From assembly GCA_000004985.1 (NCBI GenBank), contig GG738933.1: a stretch of DNA of 64,000 nt; one strand, written 5' to 3'. A model generated the notes under the pieces. The model did no database searches, was not told the origin of the DNA, and saw only the letters and a list, made by a program, of their open reading frames with translations. This stretch comes from Naegleria gruberi. Taxonomy: Eukaryota. Shown here piece after piece: positions 57,704 to 64,000 of this stretch. The position numbers were made by a program, and so were the translations under genes. How positions within the stretch are numbered: the first letter of the stretch is position 1; each line of letters starts with the position of its first letter.

Positions 57704-58929
57704 TTACAAGAACATTGGGTTATAGGCATCTTTGGTTTCTTTTTGCTTTTCTAAAACTTCATTAAGCTTAATTCTGATAGCTTCTCCAGTCTTTTCAAGT
57801 TTATCAGTCTTGATAAATAATTCCTCTCCCAACAATTTATCGATTGCATGAACAATAGAAATGATTGGTTTGGTTGACAAAATTTCTTGAGTTAATGAAA
57901 TTGGTGCAAATAATCCAACAACCACCAAATCAGTGAATGGAGCCTTTCCTAAAACAACAGAACTAATTCCACTTAGCACAATATTATCCTTAATTGGGAA
58001 ATGGCCATATTTCACCAAAGTATCAGCCATTTCTTGATCATTTGTAATAAAGTAAATGCTATCACTTTGGTCACTAGTATCTTCATTACTAGCAGCTGTT
58101 AACAATTTCAATAATTCCTCACGGGATGGTGGATGAATTGGAGTTTGAATATCTTCATGTGTGTTAATAATAATTGGTGTGAAATTAAATTGCCATACCT
58201 TCAACATCTTCTCCTGCAATTAATCTCTTCTTCTTTTCATCCATTGGAATAGCTTCCAAACTAACAATACATTTACATCCATGTCTCTTTCCAAATTCAA
58301 ACAAGGCATTCACCATTTGATGAGAAACGAATGGATCCTTTCTAATAATAATTTACAAAAATTATTCTCCACATTACAAGAAATACTTACAATTCATATT
58401 CACTTGTGAATACAACAATCTTGTTATTACCATATATTCTGACTCCACTTTGTGGTGTGTAATCTATTCATTGACGATAATATTAAACCATTCAATTTGT
58501 CATTAATCCAAATTGTAAACTACATACTATTAATCAAACAAACAGGTGGAAATACCTCACTGATCACATCTCCAATCAATCTATCATTCCATAAAATCAT
58601 CAAATCATCATCCATATATTAATCATCATCAATTAAAAACCTACGGAAGATCCAATTGTTCAACCACATATCCAGCAGCAGTCGAAATTGTAGTTGCCCC
58701 ACTCGGAAAGCCTTCAATTAATACAGCACCCTATTTACAAGATTCTCAATCGTCATCATCATCATCAATTCATCAATTCGATCAAAAAATTACAAACCTT
58801 GAGATCAAACTCTCCAAATTCTCTCACGATCAAATTCTTCTCCGCACTCCCATAGGTAAAAGTTTGAGAGATTTGATAGCGTTGGGAGGAAATCTTCTTT
58901 CCGAGGCCAGCCTTTTGATTTTCTGCCAT
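57704..58929 (-). CDS. Proteasome assembly chaperone 2 (PAC2/PSMG2 family), 6 exons including a 20-nt micro-exon
   Basis: Exons are 58929..58798, 58730..58645, 58580..58561, 58463..58391, 58341..58199 and 58152..57704. All introns are GT...AG and 46-97 nt long. Phases close to 301 codons. The N-terminus GAVLIEGFPSGATTISTAAGYVVEQLDLPLIGDVI matches the PAC2-family N-terminal motif. Confidence 0.6.
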
Positions 58930-59125
58930 TTTTTTTGGTTAGTATTTTAGCGAGAAATCCTTTTTTGGTCCTGATTTCAGTTTGGAAAATTCAAAACGAC
59001 CGAGAATGGAAAATTGGTTTTTTGTAAACAAATATTTTATTTATTTAGACATTACTTGAATAAAAATTAAAAGATGATTTGAAAAATTAATATTTTATGG
59101 ATATAGTTTATGAGTTTCGAATATT

Positions 59126-60302
59126 TTACAAATTGAAAGATAATCTTTCCCATTCACCAACAGCACTTCTATTGACAACAATATCTCCACTTGGTTCCAC
59201 ACAAACATAGGTATTATGTTCAGATTTCAATGCAATAGCTCCATTTCCATGCAATTCAACACTAAATTGTTCCCAAGGTCCAACAGCATCACGATTAGCA
59301 ACCAACAAACCACTTGGTTCAGCACACATCAATTTACCATGAGCAGATCTGAATGCATTCTTTCCAGCTCCATGATGTTCAACAGTGAATTGTTCCCAAG
59401 GACCAACTGCATCACGATTGGCAACCATTGAATGATTTGATTCAGCACACAACAATTTACCATGATGATGTCTCAATGAAATGCTCTGATTTGGAGCCAA
59501 TGAAAATTGGAACTGTTCCCAAGGTCCCAAAGCATCTCTATTAGCAATAACTAATCCAGATGGCTCAGCACACAAGAATTTACCATGAGCTGATTTGAAT
59601 GCCACTTGATTTCCAGATTGAACCAATGAGAAAGTTTCCCACGGACCCAAAGCATCTCTATTGGCAATAATTTCACCACTTGGTTCAGCACACATGAATT
59701 TTCCATGAGCTGATTTGAATGCATAATCATTTCCAGAAATGTGAATCAAAGTCATTGCTTCCCAAGCTCCACTGGCATCACGATTGGCGACAACTTGACC
59801 ACTTGGTTCGATACAGAAGTATTTGGAATGACAAGATCTGAGATTGGCCAATAGGGAACGATGTTTGGCTGAGTGGATAGTGTAGGATCCATGTGGACCA
59901 GAATAATTGGTTCCTGGATAGGACATGCCACCTCCAGTGACGAAAAGATAGACATTGATAAAGTCGGAGAGGGAAATGGACTTGCTCTTGGCATGATCAA
60001 CGAGTTTAAATAAGAATCTAATGAAATTTTGATTATTCGAAAGTAAACTATTTCTGTACTTACTTGATTTCTTCCTTGGCGAGACCAATATCTTGAGCAG
60101 CTTTCTTCCATTCCTTCTTATTCATGGAATTGGAGTGATCCTTGTCGTATTGTTGGAAAGTAGATTGTGCTTGAGAGATGAGTTGTTGATCTTGACCATG
60201 TTGAGGCTAAAGTAGAGTAAACTAGACGAAAGTATGAGAATGCGTACTTACAATTTGGAAACCAGAAGGTGCCCATGATGGTTGTTGTCCTTGATACCAC
60301 AT
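59126..60302 (-). CDS. EF-hand pair + six fascin/hisactophilin-like beta-trefoil repeats (3 exons)
   Basis: Exons are 60302..60252, 60206..60075 and 60029..59126, with GTAAGT introns. The EF loop is DKDHSNSMNKKE. Six ~40-aa repeats follow, of the form AFKSAHGKF(M/L)CAEPSG..(I/V)ANRDA.GPWE.F, similar to hisactophilin (AFKSHHGHFLSAEGEAV) and fascin trefoil subrepeats. The exon 2/3 boundaries are approximate to a few nt. Confidence 0.6.
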
Positions 60303-60540
60303 TTTGTAGAGTTTCGAATGGATCTGTTGTGAATTTTTTTTTGAGTTTTGTGTGATTGGTTTTTGATGAGATTTATTTTAGGTAAGAGATGTTACTTTCA
60401 ATGTTTAGGATAAGTTCATTCAGTGTTGCATCTTTGTGAAAGAAAGGGCAATCTCTCGAATCTCCACTATTCGAAATGTTTACAATAATTAAGTTCCTAT
60501 TCGAAAGGAATAGTTTCTCTCAGTTTTATTCAATTATTAA

Positions 60541-63210
60541 TTAGAATTTGAATGGAACAACAGTTTTGTTACTATAAGTCTTGATAGGTAATTGAGGATA
60601 AAGTGTTAAATCTGTTGTTGAATCTCCTTCTTGTTCAATGACAAGTCGTTTAACTTTTAAAATTTTCAAATTAGTTTCCAAATCCGAAAGTGGAAATTCG
60701 TCTGATAATAGATCAAATAGTCTCTCCTTGGATATTCCTTTTTGAGTTGTTTCCTTCTTCTTAATTTTGTAAATAGTTTGAATTATTCTAGTTTCGATTA
60801 AATTTTCCACAAAATTCGAATTCCTATATTCGTAATCCAGATAGGCATCTTGATACTTTTCATAACAATTCAATCGTTTCAAACATGATAGACAGAGCGT
60901 ATTAGTACTTGGATTAAAATTATCTTTTGTAATTTCCTTATTTTCCAAATATTGAATAATAAAATGTCCATTACAATCATTAATTATTCTTTGTTTCCTT
61001 AATAGTAAAGAATTGAATGGAGAATAAAAGTAAGTAGAACAGTATTGGCAGCGTACAATGCTAAATTTGCAAACTAAATGTCCATATGAATATTTAGATT
61101 TCACAAGATTTTGATTTTCTGGTAGAATTTGAAATAAATCTGAAGGTCTTTTCATAAATTCATATTCGTCAAGTTTCAATCGTTTGAGAATATCTGCTTC
61201 TGCTTCTGCTTCTTGTTCTGGTTCAAAGTTAAGAGATTGGTTACATTTTCTGCGTGATTGTTCCTTGACAGTAAATAGAATGCCATTTGTCAAACATTTT
61301 TCCACAAATTGAAAGGAAACACTCTTCAATACGACAGGATAAAGCAAATTGGATTCATCTATATCTTTCGAATTGTAGGCGTCTGGAATATATCCTTCAT
61401 TACCCTTCACAAATAATTCAACCAATGGATTATTTCCCATTATGATACCTTCAGTTTGAATTCGGTTTGCATATTTATCAATGAGTGACTTTCGAATTCT
61501 TTCCACAATAAAATCACAATGCATTGCGTGAAAGAGAGGATGAAAGGAATCAGCAACAATGGTTAAGAAACCTCTTTTTCCATATTTCAAAGCTCTTTCG
61601 TGGTGGACTTCACTGGTTCCTCCTGATTCTCTATTGATGAAATTAATCTTATACTTGAGAGATCGCAAACATTCCAAAACTGTCAATATTCTCTCGCCAT
61701 CATACACAAGTTTACAACAATCCAAATCAAAAAATAAAAGTAACTCCTCAATGGTCTCATAGTTCAGTAATACTATTTGAATATTTGCATTTCCTTCTTG
61801 GCAAATATTAATAGAAGCTTTGGAGCTCATCATATTGTACTTTAAATGTGAGGTTTTCTCTTCCAATTTCAATAAAACTTGTTTGATTGCTTGACTGATA
61901 ACCTCTGCCGATTCTCCATTATTAATGACAAATAAATCAAAATCACTGAAACCACAACCTGTCAATGTGTGAAGTAGAGATCCTCCTGAAATGACAAAAC
62001 GTTCTCTTGTCTTGGTAGTTTTGTTATGTTCAAATGCACATTCATAGAATAAAATTCTAGCCAATTCGTAATCTTTCAAAATTTCATTCTTGAATCGATG
62101 TTGAAAATCTGAAAATGTCATTTCATATGGATTCTTGAAAAATCTCACAATTCTTTCACATTTTGTGGCATTTGGACTTGTTTCTTTATCCATATAATAA
62201 TGATAATCACGAGCACGGTTGTTAAATTCGTATGAATATTCCAACATATTTGGAAGGATTACACAATCTACTTTTGGCAACCCAGAAACCACATTATACC
62301 ATGGTTTTTTATCAAAGTTCATAAATGAGCATCTTCTCTTGACCAATTCATCGAAAGTGAGATAATAAGTGTCTGGTTGAGTAAATATTCCATAGGGAAA
62401 TACTGGAATGGCTTCTTCCTGTATTTTAATAATCTCTTCAAATTCCTTATTCGAAAAAATTTTCGCCTCCTCAATGGCCTGTGAATTGATCGCATCAATC
62501 ATTGGATCTCCCACCTTAAATGTTCTAAATTTCAAATGGTCATGAAAATACCTCACTGGCCACTTGACAGTACTCTTCATCCTAAAATATTGATCATAGG
62601 TCATCATGACATTCTCATTCGAATCCTGATGATAAACTAAACTCTCATTCCAACACGGTTCTCGTACCGTATTGGAGAATAAATCCACCAATCGATTCAC
62701 ATTCCTAATATCCCTTCTCTTATTGAGAATATCAATTCTTAATCTTTCAATACTTTCTCCATAAACTCGATCAAACAAATCATAAACTCCACGACAAGTC
62801 TGAATGAAATTAAACAATGCATACTTGTCCATATAAAACATCAAATCGAGTAGAATTTCAGATGGAAGTAATTTGATTAAATTTCGATTCGGATTTTGAA
62901 ATTCTCTCAAAACATTTTGTCCATTATTTTCAACAAGTGAATTTTCATGACGATTTCCTGACCATGAATAAATATCTCGTTGTTTTCTTCTCTTTTCGTA
63001 TCTATCACAAAAGTATGGATTTACAAGATTTTTAGAGGAAATTGATTCGGGTTGAATTTGATCGAATGTGAAAGTTGTGAATTCGTCGTTTTGGTTAGTG
63101 TCGAAACTTGGAACTAACAAGGCAACGGGTTGAGGTCCTCGAGGAGAATCGTAAAAGTTATTGGAAAGTGTGGCAGTTTCTAATAGAATATCATCCCATG
63201 ATCGTTTCAT
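60541..63210 (-). CDS. F-box protein with an internal nucleotidyltransferase-fold signature and a Cys-rich module
   Basis: 889-aa intronless ORF. The F-box-like segment is LIKLLPSEILLDLMFYMDKYALFNFIQTCRGVYDLF. The NTase motif RFVISGGSLLHTLTGCGFSDFDLFVINNG fits hG[GS]-x9-13-Dh[DE]h of the Pol-beta/OAS/cGAS superfamily, and FFDLDCC downstream is a possible third acidic residue. The Cys-rich segment is CKFSIVRCQYC...CNGH...CLSCLKRLNC. Confidence 0.5.
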   Translation of the reverse strand: MKRSWDDILLETATLSNNFYDSPRGPQPVALLVPSFDTNQNDEFTTFTFDQIQPESISSKNLVNPYFCDRYEKRRKQRDIYSWSGNRHENSLVENNGQNVLREFQNPNRNLIKLLPSEILLDLMFYMDKYALFNFIQTCRGVYDLFDRVYGESIERLRIDILNKRRDIRNVNRLVDLFSNTVREPCWNESLVYHQDSNENVMMTYDQYFRMKSTVKWPVRYFHDHLKFRTFKVGDPMIDAINSQAIEEAKIFSNKEFEEIIKIQEEAIPVFPYGIFTQPDTYYLTFDELVKRRCSFMNFDKKPWYNVVSGLPKVDCVILPNMLEYSYEFNNRARDYHYYMDKETSPNATKCERIVRFFKNPYEMTFSDFQHRFKNEILKDYELARILFYECAFEHNKTTKTRERFVISGGSLLHTLTGCGFSDFDLFVINNGESAEVISQAIKQVLLKLEEKTSHLKYNMMSSKASINICQEGNANIQIVLLNYETIEELLLFFDLDCCKLVYDGERILTVLECLRSLKYKINFINRESGGTSEVHHERALKYGKRGFLTIVADSFHPLFHAMHCDFIVERIRKSLIDKYANRIQTEGIIMGNNPLVELFVKGNEGYIPDAYNSKDIDESNLLYPVVLKSVSFQFVEKCLTNGILFTVKEQSRRKCNQSLNFEPEQEAEAEADILKRLKLDEYEFMKRPSDLFQILPENQNLVKSKYSYGHLVCKFSIVRCQYCSTYFYSPFNSLLLRKQRIINDCNGHFIIQYLENKEITKDNFNPSTNTLCLSCLKRLNCYEKYQDAYLDYEYRNSNFVENLIETRIIQTIYKIKKKETTQKGISKERLFDLLSDEFPLSDLETNLKILKVKRLVIEQEGDSTTDLTLYPQLPIKTYSNKTVVPFKF

Positions 63211-63957
63211 TTTTTTGGTTGACCAAAGATTGCAAGGATGGTGAGGAAATTAATAACTATCTTTTGCACGAAATTGTAACCTTTCTAATAAACTTTCGAA
63301 TAACAAATCATGCTAAAACTTTCTTCAACATTCTAACCAATACTAAAGCACCACCTCTTCATTATTTCCTTCCGATAATTTCTACCATCACAGACATTAT
63401 TTTTCTGTCAAACTTCAATTTATTCGATATCTTTCGTTCACACAAAATGTTCCCGCATCAATTAAACAATAAAAACATCCTTTTCCACCAAATAAACAAA
63501 ACCGGGAACGAAATCTACTTCCAAAACCATTTATTGAGCTTTAGTTTTTAGTAGTATTAGAACTTGGACCAACACTAAAGGTCAGTTTATTCACATTTTT
63601 CGAAAACCAACTTTCACAACAAAACACATCTGCATCCATTATGATGATGCCGTAGTACCATCAAACTTGTCAACCGCCACTTGTCAAAAATGCTCAAACA
63701 AGCAAAGAAGGGGTAACAAACAATGTTTTCAAGGCTTTGACCAAATTTCATTCATTTAGCAAACCATTTCTTTAGAATGTAACCAGATTCGACAAAGTTT
63801 GGGAAAGGAGGTATTAAAGAGCACAACAAATGAATCTGAAAGGGCCATTTTTCGAAAGGTTATCCGAAACTTGAAACACAAAACAGCAAGAAATCAATAG
63901 ATGTCATAACACAATTTAACAACAATTATTCACTTTCAAAAAAAACAAAACAACAAT

Positions 63958-64000
63958 ATGAAATCAATCTTTTTAACTGTCCTTCTCCTTGTACTTTCGT
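63958..64000 (+). CDS. 5' end of a gene for a secreted protein (partial, runs off the window)
   Basis: ATG at 63958 followed by MKSIFLTVLLLVLS, which looks like a signal peptide. Confidence 0.3.
   Translation, partial: MKSIFLTVLLLVLS

Overview
This window looks like a chromosome end from an AT-rich unicellular eukaryote with the standard genetic code. The end carries ~460 bp of terminal (CCCAAA)n, which is (TTTGGG)n on the G-strand, in the correct left-telomere orientation. A ~5 kb subtelomere follows, built from a ~320 bp telomere-associated unit present at least twice. Internal telomere-repeat arrays and three assembly gaps (N runs) sit between the units. From ~6 kb on the sequence is gene dense, with about one gene per 1.5-2 kb on both strands. 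Introns are short (46-170 nt, mostly 46-70) and AT-rich, with GTAAGT/GTATGT/GTAGGT 5' sites and (Y)AG 3' sites. Many proteins carry poly-N/poly-Q tracts, so the overall flavour is amoebozoan or social-amoeba-like. The organism cannot be determined from sequence alone. Genes I can support include a GlcNAc-transferase-like type II glycosyltransferase, a 7TM receptor-like protein, a BPI/LBP-like secreted protein, a SEC14/CRAL-TRIO protein, F-box proteins, ankyrin proteins, a 4x EF-hand protein, a C2-domain protein, a bacterial-type SDR, a CCCH-zinc-finger/RCC1 fusion, an EEP-family nuclease/phosphatase, a TLDc protein, a U-box/ankyrin E3, a PAC2 proteasome assembly chaperone with a 20-nt micro-exon, and an EF-hand plus double fascin/hisactophilin-like beta-trefoil protein. 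There are two tRNA genes, Val-AAC and Phe-GAA. One apparently intact 5.4 kb non-LTR retrotransposon is present, with ORF1, an ATGA-overlapping ORF2 (APE-RT-RNaseH-CCHC) and a perfect 17-bp target-site duplication. The most unusual protein is an 889-aa F-box protein with an internal Pol-beta/cGAS-OAS-type nucleotidyltransferase signature (GGS-x11-DFD) and a Cys-rich module. The supplied ORF track often starts ORFs at TTG/GTG/CTG, so I re-derived starts and several exon-intron models by hand. Coordinates of multi-exon genes are given as spans, with the exons listed in the evidence.
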